Shown one piece after another: positions 1 to 7,802 of a stretch of 64,000 nt of DNA. Below the pieces are notes generated by a model. That model was not told where the DNA came from, did no database searches, and saw only the letters and a list, made by a program, of their open reading frames with translations. The translations under genes and the position numbers were made by a program. Origin of the DNA: Pseudomonadota bacterium. GTDB taxonomy: Bacteria; UBA10199; 2-02-FULL-44-16; JAAZCA01. The first letter of the stretch is position 1, and every line of letters begins with the position of its first letter. The stretch spans positions 33,158 through 97,157 of the forward strand of contig JAZDOG010000089.1 of NCBI GenBank assembly GCA_043798915.1. The letters are read 5' to 3'.

Positions 1-1132
1 GGGAAGAAGAGGTCATCTTGATGCCACTCTCACCATTGGGTACGATGGAGATGGTGATGGGGAATGATTTGCCTTGTTGCATGGCGTCTACTTCGGGATA
101 GGCGGTCTTAAATTCGAGTATGGTTCCTTTCCCTTCCCAGCGACCGATGAGATCGTCTACCTTGTCTGGAGCCGCGGGCTTGCCGTCTCCCGTTAGTATT
201 TGCTCCCCATTGTTTTCCGCCGGCGCTCCGGCCACAGTCACGGTGACGCTGTCGGCGATATTATCGCGCGTCGCCCTCACCACAAAACTCTGGCCCGGTT
301 TCAATCCTTTAGCCGAGCCGGTGGGGCCATTCTCCCAGCGTGTGCCAGGATCATTCGTAAGATCAAACTCTTTTAAGCCACCGCCGCTATAAGCGAAAAT
401 GCCCAGCGCCGTGCAACTGACTGTTCCGTCCGGTGGGACCGGGTTGGGTGTGCATTTGACCGTAAAACCGGTTGGTGAACTCGATGGGGCCAGTTCCTGC
501 TGTTGCTGCGGTCTTGCGGTTGGTGACTTCGATGGAGCCAGTTGCTGCCTTGCAGCTGTCAGCTGACTCTCAAAATCAGCGCAGGCTTCGGTCGTGGACG
601 CAAGGATTCGCACCAGCTGTTGGCAGGCTTCAGACCCACTCACACAGTGTTTGTAATCCTTTTCTTGCTTGGCGATTTCTGCGACCCAGAGCTTCTTCTC
701 ACGCTCAAAATAAAACTCTGCGCTTTGTTCACGGTTTTTTCTATAGGTTATGTCGTTTAACAATCGATCTGCAACTGGATCGGTTGACCTCATATCAAAA
801 AGACTTTTACCTTTGCCTTTGGATTTTTCATAGGCAACAGCCTCTTCAGAGGCCTTAAAATATCTATTTGATGCATCCATTACCTCTGTATGTGCCTTTA
901 GATATTTTATTGGGGGTTCCGTGCGAATCAGTTCAAGGTTTTTCTTGATGGCGCTGCAAGCCTGGTCGTTTTGCTTGCAATCCCTCTGAATCCGCTCATT
1001 CTGCGTCCGCAATGAACTCTTACATTTATTGAGGCTGACCTCGATTTCATTAACCGTCGCCCCGGATGCCGGGGCAACTATTCCAAAAACAAACACAAGA
1101 ACAACCAGCAGTCTGCTTGTTGATGTAATCAT
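1..1132 (-). CDS. Secreted protein, 5' partial (runs off the window start). Signal peptide MITSTSRLLVVLVFVFGIVAPASGA, then a Cys-containing helical domain (DUF1311/LprI-like lysozyme-inhibitor-type N-terminal domain, tentative) and a beta-rich Ig-like region.
   Basis: ATG at 1132 preceded by GGAGGTAAAAAA. I read the frame by hand and found no stop down to position 1. The ORF track omits it because it has no in-window stop. Minus strand in keeping with neighbours. Confidence 0.5.
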   Translation of the reverse strand, partial: MITSTSRLLVVLVFVFGIVAPASGATVNEIEVSLNKCKSSLRTQNERIQRDCKQNDQACSAIKKNLELIRTEPPIKYLKAHTEVMDASNRYFKASEEAVAYEKSKGKGKSLFDMRSTDPVADRLLNDITYRKNREQSAEFYFEREKKLWVAEIAKQEKDYKHCVSGSEACQQLVRILASTTEACADFESQLTAARQQLAPSKSPTARPQQQQELAPSSSPTGFTVKCTPNPVPPDGTVSCTALGIFAYSGGGLKEFDLTNDPGTRWENGPTGSAKGLKPGQSFVVRATRDNIADSVTVTVAGAPAENNGEQILTGDGKPAAPDKVDDLIGRWEGKGTILEFKTAYPEVDAMQQGKSFPITISIVPNGESGIKMTSSS

Positions 1133-1386
1133 TTTTTTACCTCCTAAATAATAGGAAATAATGGGGTCAGCCCGTGGACAGCAAATGTTCCTTATAGGCT
1201 CTGGCTTTTTCGGCTATTTGGAATTCAGATGCCCTATACTGACACATAATGCAACCCGTCAGACGCACCAAACAAACATCTGCAATAACATGCACCCAAA
1301 CAATTAGCGCGCTTGCTCCGTTTGATAATCTCCAGAGGGGTCAGCACTCCGTCTGCCTTGCCCCTCTCTTTTACACTGTACACATT

Positions 1387-1403
1387 ATATCATTTTATGA
1401 TAT
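1387..1403. promoter_or_regulatory. 17-bp palindrome ATATCAT-TTT-ATGATAT just upstream of abiEi; candidate autoregulatory operator.
   Basis: Perfect 7-bp inverted arms seen directly in the sequence. AbiEi antitoxins are known autorepressors that bind inverted repeats (established knowledge). Confidence 0.3.
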
Positions 1404-1415
1404 TATACCAGCATC

Positions 1416-2027
1416 GTGAAATACAACATCATTTCAATCGCTGCAAAGATCGAAAAGCACAAAAAGGGTATGGCGGGGGTATACTCCTATGCCGACCTTT
1501 GCAATTTAATCGGCCTTGGCTCCCCTCTTGCGACCGCGCGCATAATAAAGCGGCTTGTGCGGGATGGGCTATTGTTCGGGGTTCAGAAGGGAATTTACAC
1601 GACCGCCGAATTCGACACTCTCCGATTGGCAGGGCGCATCAATCCGGAGTGCTATATTTCAATGGATACAGTTCTGGCGCGGGAGGGGCTAGTGGGTACC
1701 GTGCCGAAGTATTCTTTTTCAGCCGTTCAGCGCCAGCGCTCGAGAATAGTTGAGACCCAAGCTGGAACCGTCAGGTTCTATTCCCTTGCGGAAGAACTTT
1801 TCTTCGGATTCATGCCGGACAAAAACGGCGTCCGGATCGCCGATCCGGAAAAGGCTTTTTTGGACACGCTTTACTTCTACACAAGAGGCAACAAGTTCGT
1901 GTTCGATCCGCTGAAGGAAATAGCCGTTCGGAAGCTGGATCAGAAGAAGATCAACCGCTATCTCAAGAGATACCGCAATCCGAAGTTTGTGAAATTTACA
2001 AGGAGGGTAATCGGTGAAAACATCTGA
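1416..2027 (+). CDS. abiEi: AbiEi-family type IV toxin-antitoxin antitoxin / transcriptional regulator. The listed start is GTG; the true start may be the ATG at about 1470.
   Basis: N-terminal wHTH-like segment (ADLCNLIGLGSPLATARIIKRLVRDGLLFGVQKGIYT) typical of AbiEi. Its last codons overlap the start of the downstream AbiEii gene by 14 nt. Confidence 0.55.
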   Translation: MKYNIISIAAKIEKHKKGMAGVYSYADLCNLIGLGSPLATARIIKRLVRDGLLFGVQKGIYTTAEFDTLRLAGRINPECYISMDTVLAREGLVGTVPKYSFSAVQRQRSRIVETQAGTVRFYSLAEELFFGFMPDKNGVRIADPEKAFLDTLYFYTRGNKFVFDPLKEIAVRKLDQKKINRYLKRYRNPKFVKFTRRVIGENI

Positions 2028-2751
2028 AGAACTCCTCGTAAGGATCATTCATTTTTTAGCCGAGCGCTATAAGACCGGCCTGGCCCTTGAGGGAGGAATG
2101 CTGTTGCGCCTGCTCAATTGCCCGCGTTCCACGCAGGATGTGGACTATATTCTCCTGTCATCCGAATCCAAAAAAATACTGGCTAAACATATCAAAGGTG
2201 TCCTGGGCCGGATGAGGGGCATCAAAATAGATTCTGTAAACCTCAATTCACGCGGTATCTTTATCGATGTGAGCACAGCCGATGACAGCCAAATCAAGGC
2301 GAAGATCGAAATCGATGTGCGACCGGCGCTGAATTTGCCGATTGAAAGCCTTTCCACCTCAACCCTTGCCGGCCGTTATTCTCTGGGCGGCCGGATAGTT
2401 TCAACTATTGCGATGGCCGAGGCCTTCGCCAACAAAATCGCCGCAGCCCTGGAAAGGGATTCGGTCCGCGACCTGTATGACTTAAGCCAGTTTGAACCCC
2501 TCTGCATCTATGATGAGGCCACGTTGGAAAGGCGGCTGGAGAATCTATCCGTCGATCGAAAGAAACCAGCAGGGATATCTCTCGAAAAGGCTGCGGAGCT
2601 CCTTCGAATCAAGGGCGCCAGACTTACGGAAAAGGTGTTGATGAGGGAGTTGTATCCGCTCCTGCCCGTAGAACAGAGAAAGGGAACGCTCCTTCTCATC
2701 AAATCCTCGCTTGGCAGGTTGGCCTCCAGGTTGATAGGATCTAAATATTAA
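2014..2751 (+). CDS. abiEii: AbiEii/AbiGii-family nucleotidyltransferase toxin.
   Basis: MKTSEELLVRIIHFLAERY...LEGGMLLRLL...RSTQDVDYIL matches the conserved GG..LRL / R.S.DID nucleotidyltransferase core of AbiEii. Translationally coupled to the upstream antitoxin. Confidence 0.65.
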   Translation: MKTSEELLVRIIHFLAERYKTGLALEGGMLLRLLNCPRSTQDVDYILLSSESKKILAKHIKGVLGRMRGIKIDSVNLNSRGIFIDVSTADDSQIKAKIEIDVRPALNLPIESLSTSTLAGRYSLGGRIVSTIAMAEAFANKIAAALERDSVRDLYDLSQFEPLCIYDEATLERRLENLSVDRKKPAGISLEKAAELLRIKGARLTEKVLMRELYPLLPVEQRKGTLLLIKSSLGRLASRLIGSKY

Positions 2752-2760
2752 GAGGAACAT

Positions 2761-3381
2761 ATGAATAAAAACAATTTCATGACTACGCTGCTATCGACAG
2801 TCCTTGTGATCATCGCAGCAATTGCATTCAAGCCATCCCTTTCCCTTGGATCGGACAAAAAGCCTAAATTCGTGGAATATGTGTCCACCGAAAATTACTT
2901 CAAATGCCGCATCCCTGAGGACTGGAGCAAATCCGAGCAGGTCTTCGGCTTGTGTGAGGAGGAAAAAAGAGTATATGGCGTTACCCTCCTCGGTCCGCCA
3001 AATGAAAACCAGGTCTCCACGTCGATCTCCATTCACTATTACGCCCCGGGAAATATTGTGCACAAAACGATGGATAAGTTTATCAAGCTGCACGCCAAAC
3101 CTGTCTTTGGCGTCGCAGAGGAGGGGCAGTCTTTCAGCAAGGTCCGGCAGGTCAGAATTGCTGGAAGAAAAGCGATGGCATTCGATAGAATCGATATCCG
3201 GTTCCTCGGGCATGAGGAAATAAATCCGAAGAAAGTGTCAGTCTATGAAAGATTTGTCGTCGTCCCGGCCATGGATGATATGGGGTTTTATGTCCTTATA
3301 TTGTCTGTCCCTGAAGAGATAAAAGATAAATATAAAGAGACATTCGAGAAGACCGTAAAATCATTCCTGCCGGAGAAGTAA
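2761..3381 (+). CDS. Hypothetical secreted protein with N-terminal signal peptide/TM segment.
   Basis: Hydrophobic N-terminus MTTLLSTVLVIIAAIAFKPSLSLGS. No recognisable domain. Confidence 0.45.
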   Translation: MNKNNFMTTLLSTVLVIIAAIAFKPSLSLGSDKKPKFVEYVSTENYFKCRIPEDWSKSEQVFGLCEEEKRVYGVTLLGPPNENQVSTSISIHYYAPGNIVHKTMDKFIKLHAKPVFGVAEEGQSFSKVRQVRIAGRKAMAFDRIDIRFLGHEEINPKKVSVYERFVVVPAMDDMGFYVLILSVPEEIKDKYKETFEKTVKSFLPEK

Positions 3382-3385
3382 GCTT

Positions 3386-4513
3386 CTATCGCTTTTTAAA
3401 TAAACCCTTTATCCCCTTCTCGATCTTGAAAGGAATGGCCTTGGCGGGCACCGGGGCAAGCTCCTTCAACTTGCCAAGCGCCATCTCAGGCGCTGCGGCA
3501 ACCGAACGGCGCGTCAATTCATCGAAGAAACCCTTTGAGACCGCAGTGGAGACCGAAAAGTCGCCGGACGAAAGATCGCCGTTTACGGATGTATCGACGC
3601 CGATCGGACCGGATTGCGACAGGACAAATTTGTTCAGGACGTCGCCCTTGATCCCGCCGCCCACTTTAAGGCCGGAAATGGTCGCATGGTACGTGGATAT
3701 AAGCCTGTCCTTTTGCGCGCGAGCGCGGCTTGTCACGGCTATCGAACCGCCCATGACAGGGAGCGACACCGAACCGGCATAGAACGAAGCGAATGTCGTG
3801 ATCGGCGTGCTGGCAAGCCCCCCTGTCAGGTCAAAGGAGATTCCGTCGCCGAACACATCCGCGCTGCCGGCCACCGAAATGACGCCTCCCGCCTTGCCTG
3901 CATTCGCTTTGAGTTTAAACGATGTCGGCAGCTCATCTGCCCTCGCTGCAGCCTTGATATTTTCGACCGAAATATCGACATTTTCAAGATCGAGATGCGA
4001 GCCTTTCACCTGATCACGATAGGCAACCGCGCCATGCTCTATCTCTATTTTATCGACGGTGATGGGCCAGGATTTGGATTTGCTTTTCTTGTCGACGCCA
4101 CTCTCTTCAACCTTTTTCTTGCTTCCGTCGCCCAGCGAGAGCACGTCCCAATTTGAACTCTTTATCCCGGTTATCACGTATGAAATGGAGGGCCCCTTCA
4201 ACGTAATCTTTCGCGCGTGCAAGGCGCCCCGCAAAAGGTCAAGCGGTGCAACTCTTATGGTGAGTTCATCGGCGGAAGTGAGAAGTGATTTTTCATCCTC
4301 GTGCCCAGCAGGATAAATCCTGATGCGTTCCAGTTTTAACTCGGCCCGGGCCAGAGAAGCTTCATAACCGCCGATATCAAGGGCCAGGCCCGCAATGTTA
4401 TGCCGCCGCTCTTCGATCATCTTTTTTGCGGCGCCGGCACACCAGACACCGATGGCGATAAAAACAGCAACCACCCCGACAACTATCACCGCCACAACGA
4501 TCAATTTTTTCAT
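3386..4513 (-). CDS. AsmA-like / DUF748-type membrane-anchored protein.
   Basis: Start moved to MKKLIVVAVIVV (RBS GGGGGA 6 nt upstream). N-terminal TM anchor followed by Gly/Ser-rich beta-repeat region typical of AsmA-like proteins. Confidence 0.45.
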   Translation of the reverse strand: MKKLIVVAVIVVGVVAVFIAIGVWCAGAAKKMIEERRHNIAGLALDIGGYEASLARAELKLERIRIYPAGHEDEKSLLTSADELTIRVAPLDLLRGALHARKITLKGPSISYVITGIKSSNWDVLSLGDGSKKKVEESGVDKKSKSKSWPITVDKIEIEHGAVAYRDQVKGSHLDLENVDISVENIKAAARADELPTSFKLKANAGKAGGVISVAGSADVFGDGISFDLTGGLASTPITTFASFYAGSVSLPVMGGSIAVTSRARAQKDRLISTYHATISGLKVGGGIKGDVLNKFVLSQSGPIGVDTSVNGDLSSGDFSVSTAVSKGFFDELTRRSVAAAPEMALGKLKELAPVPAKAIPFKIEKGIKGLFKKR

Positions 4514-4581
4514 AGCATCCCCCGGCTTCTGGAAAGTCGGCATTTTGTTGGATTTTATGAATTTTTGGAACTGTCGAATAT

Positions 4582-7086
4582 TTAACTGACGCTCTGTTCT
4601 TCCTCCAGAGGAGAAGCCGACAGAGGCAGATAGAAGTAGAAGCGGCTCCCCTTTCCGGGAACGCTCGTGACGCCGATCGTTCCGCCGTGCAACTCCACCA
4701 GCTGTTTCGCAATCGGGAGCCCCAACCCCAGCCCCTTCTCGCCGGGACCGTATGTCCTGCCTATCTGATGGAACCTCTCAAACATCGACCGCTGTTCATC
4801 GGGAGAGATGCCGACGCCGGTGTCGGACACCGAGACCTCGATCCTTCCGGGCTTCTTTGCCACGGAGAGCGAAACCTCTCCGCCGCGCGGCGTGTAGCGG
4901 ATGGCGTTGCCTAGCAGGTTCGAGACGACCTGGCCTATCATGTTCGGGTCGCAGTAGACATCGACGGGTTCCTTGGGGAGCGTCAAGGAAAACTCAAGCT
5001 CCTTGTGGGCGATGAGGTCCTTCATGGACTCGCAGGTTTTTTCAATCAGAGGGATGAAATCGACAAGGGATCGCTGCGGCGTCGCCCGGCCGGTGTCCAG
5101 CGCTGCGATGTCCAGGAGGTTGTCGATGACGCCCCCGAGGCGCCTGATATCGTCGCGGCACATCTCGAGATGGGTTTTGAGCTTGTCCGTGATGACGCCG
5201 GTCACGCCAGCCAGGGCGCCCGACACGACATTGCTGATTGCGGCCAGCGGCGTGCGGAGCTCATGTGAGACGTTGGCGATCAGCTCGTGTTTGGCCTGGT
5301 CGAGCTCCCGCTGGCGGGTGATGTCGCGCATCACGAGCATCGAGCCGATCCTCTCTCCGCCCTTTGCCGCCACCGGCAACGTTTCGACGCGTATGGCGTG
5401 CTTCACGACGGCGCCAACCATGACTTCGTAAGAGACGCGCTCCTGCAGCCCACCCTCCCCCTCCGATTTCGGAAGGTTCTCGAGGTTCAGCCCGAGGGCC
5501 TTCGACAGCATCATGACTTCGTTAGAGACGCGCTCCTGCAGCCCGCCCTCCTCTTCCGACTTAAGAAGGCTCTCGAGGTTCACCCCGAGGGCCTTCGACA
5601 GCATCATGGCTTCGTGAGAGACGCGCTCCTGCAGCTCACCGTCCCCCTCCGATTTCAGAAGGCACCCGAGGTTCAGCCCAAGGGCCTTCGACAGCATTCC
5701 GATGTCCACCTCCGTATCCCTGCCCAGATTCAGCATGCTGCGCGCCGCAGGGTTGATCAGCAGGATACTGTTCCCCTCAGAGAACATCACGAGACCGTCG
5801 GTCATCGAGAAAACTGCCGCGGTGGTCTTCTGCTTTTCCGCCTCCGCGACTGCGCGCGCCTTCTGGTTGTCGTCGAGGATGGAGAGGAGGGCCTTCTGAT
5901 AGTCTTCGAGGTCGGCCGCGCGCGCCTGGAGTTTTTCCACGAGCGAGATGGTTTCGCGCATATCGCGCACCACCGCCACTACGCCGCGCAGTTCGCCGGA
6001 GAGGTCCACCATCGAGGCTGCTGACAAGTTGACGGGCATCGTTTCTCCGCCCTTGGCCCTGAAAGACGCCTCGACGTCGAAAATGTTCCCTCCCGCAAGG
6101 AGCCCTCGCCATCCCTCTTCCGAGAGCGGGCCGGATTTGCGATCTGCGAGCAGAAGATCGACCGGCCTGCCGAGCAGCTCCTGTTGGGTGTAACCGAGCA
6201 GCTCCTCTGCTGCCCTGTTGACCGTATGGACCGACTTGGTCCGGTCGATGACGATCAGGGCCTCGTTCATGGAGCCGACGATGTTGTCCACATAATCCTT
6301 GGAAACGGTGGATTGCCTCAGCGCCATCGCCATGGAATTGAACGCGACCGCCAGCTCGCCAATCTCGTCTTTGCTGGCGACCTTGAGGGTTATGTCGAGG
6401 TTGCCGGCGGCGATACGCTTCACCCCATCCTTCAGCGCGGCCAGCGGTTGCAGGATGCGCCGGCTGAGGAACAGGGCGATCGACACGGCAAGCAACAGGA
6501 CGACGACCGCTATCGCTGCAGAGACCTTCAGATCGTCATTCTCCGCCGCCTGGATTCTGGCCCTTGTGTGAACGACCCGGGCAAACCCGATCTTTGTCGG
6601 CGGCGCCTTTTTCCCCTCCGGGGATTCCTCGGGCGCTTCAACTGCGCTCCCTTTTTCAGCGGGGATCAGCACCGGGGCATAAAAATCATCCGCGTCTTCA
6701 GTCGCAAAGCTTATTTGCCTCCCCATGAAAGGTTCTTGAGCGGTGGAAAATCTGGAAAGGGTCTCGTCGGTCAAAGGGAGTTCGACCACCCTGCGCGACA
6801 TCTTTTTGATGACCTCTCCCTTGACTTCGTAGACGGCGGCAAAGATCGTCCCCTCATCCTTCATGATAACGGCAAGCGGCTCGTCGATGAGCTTCATATC
6901 GGACGCCTGCACACCGATCCCGGCGCTCTGCGCCAGCATGCTGACCAGCACGGTGCCCCCTTCAAACTGTTGTTCGTTGAGAGCGCTGCTGATGTGGCTC
7001 GTGTGATAGGCAAAAAAGGATATCGTCAGAAGAGAGATGAGAGCGACGATGCTGAAGAGAATCTTGTTTGCCAGGCGCCTTCTCAT
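4582..7086 (-). CDS. Sensor histidine kinase: N-terminal TM, periplasmic region, second TM, HAMP, PAS, three tandem 31-aa repeats, HisKA (HELRTPL) and HATPase_c (GLGLGL...G.G..F).
   Basis: Conserved H-box 'SHELRTPL', N-box 'NLLGNAIRYT', and G1/G2 boxes 'DTGVGI' and 'GLGLGLPIAK'. Confidence 0.85.
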   Translation of the reverse strand: MRRRLANKILFSIVALISLLTISFFAYHTSHISSALNEQQFEGGTVLVSMLAQSAGIGVQASDMKLIDEPLAVIMKDEGTIFAAVYEVKGEVIKKMSRRVVELPLTDETLSRFSTAQEPFMGRQISFATEDADDFYAPVLIPAEKGSAVEAPEESPEGKKAPPTKIGFARVVHTRARIQAAENDDLKVSAAIAVVVLLLAVSIALFLSRRILQPLAALKDGVKRIAAGNLDITLKVASKDEIGELAVAFNSMAMALRQSTVSKDYVDNIVGSMNEALIVIDRTKSVHTVNRAAEELLGYTQQELLGRPVDLLLADRKSGPLSEEGWRGLLAGGNIFDVEASFRAKGGETMPVNLSAASMVDLSGELRGVVAVVRDMRETISLVEKLQARAADLEDYQKALLSILDDNQKARAVAEAEKQKTTAAVFSMTDGLVMFSEGNSILLINPAARSMLNLGRDTEVDIGMLSKALGLNLGCLLKSEGDGELQERVSHEAMMLSKALGVNLESLLKSEEEGGLQERVSNEVMMLSKALGLNLENLPKSEGEGGLQERVSYEVMVGAVVKHAIRVETLPVAAKGGERIGSMLVMRDITRQRELDQAKHELIANVSHELRTPLAAISNVVSGALAGVTGVITDKLKTHLEMCRDDIRRLGGVIDNLLDIAALDTGRATPQRSLVDFIPLIEKTCESMKDLIAHKELEFSLTLPKEPVDVYCDPNMIGQVVSNLLGNAIRYTPRGGEVSLSVAKKPGRIEVSVSDTGVGISPDEQRSMFERFHQIGRTYGPGEKGLGLGLPIAKQLVELHGGTIGVTSVPGKGSRFYFYLPLSASPLEEEQSVS
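5419..5697. repeat. Three tandem 93-bp direct repeats inside the histidine-kinase gene, encoding MLSKALG(L/V)NL..L.KSE..G.LQERVS.E(A/V)M.
   Basis: Period 93 bp with starts at 5419, 5512 and 5605. About 85-90% identity between units, in frame. Confidence 0.8.
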
Positions 7087-7111
7087 CTATCTGTATCCCC
7101 CTGCTTTTTCT

Positions 7112-7378
7112 CTATTTCCCTGCCTTGCCACCCTCTTCGCCAGGCATCGGCATCCCCATTCCAGGCATGGGCCGCATGCAGTGACCCCTGTAGTACTGTG
7201 CACACATGACCACCTGGCCGATGAGCAGGAGCGCGGAGACGAGGATCGCAACCCATGCGATGAACTTGGCGAACTTCTGGCAGCAGATGCCCGCCTTGCC
7301 CTCGACCCATATGAGCAATGCCGTCGATGCGACGAGCGCCAGAACAGCTAATGCAGCACCACTGTGTCCGTAACCCAT
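7112..7378 (-). CDS. Small membrane protein (two TM helices) with a Met-rich C-terminal tail (MRPMPGMGMPMPGEE); possible Cu(I)/metal-binding peptide.
   Basis: ATG at 7378 with AAGGGGGAA RBS 4-5 nt upstream. Hydrophobic segments AALAVLALVASTALLIW and FIAWVAILVSALLLIG. Lies upstream of and co-directional with the histidine kinase. Confidence 0.35.
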   Translation of the reverse strand: MGYGHSGAALAVLALVASTALLIWVEGKAGICCQKFAKFIAWVAILVSALLLIGQVVMCAQYYRGHCMRPMPGMGMPMPGEEGGKAGK

Positions 7379-7802
7379 GGTTCCCCCTTGGAAAGTGTAC
7401 GTCATTTTGGCAGCTGATCTTGTAACATACAAAACCAGCGGCGGCAATCGCCGGATTTCACCCTGTCGATGAGGGGGCCCGCTGTTGCCTGGCAGCCCGG
7501 CGGGCTTCCTTCTTCTGTTGTTCGATGCGGGCGCGCTCCTCGGCGGACATCACTGTTTGGGGAGCAATCCTGTCGAACCGGTCCCTGCCCCTTATGCGAC
7601 CTTTGCAATTGCATGGGATTGCCGCGTCGCTTCGCTCCTCGCAATGACATCAGATGACTTCGGAAACAGCCTCTGAAGGGGAGAGGAAAATGAGCGTGTG
7701 TCCTCTATTGTCATTTCTTTTATCGGGTGCTAGGGTTTCGGCTCTTTTGGTCGAGGGTTGCAACATATTGAAATAACTAGCAAAGAGGAGCACGGGGGCC
7801 GC

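Noticed and set aside
5287-7209. Several long plus-strand ORFs (5287-6024, 6184-7209 and others) inside the histidine-kinase gene
   Set aside because: They lie antisense to a gene with clear H-, N- and G-box motifs and have Arg/His-rich low-complexity translations. No RBS.
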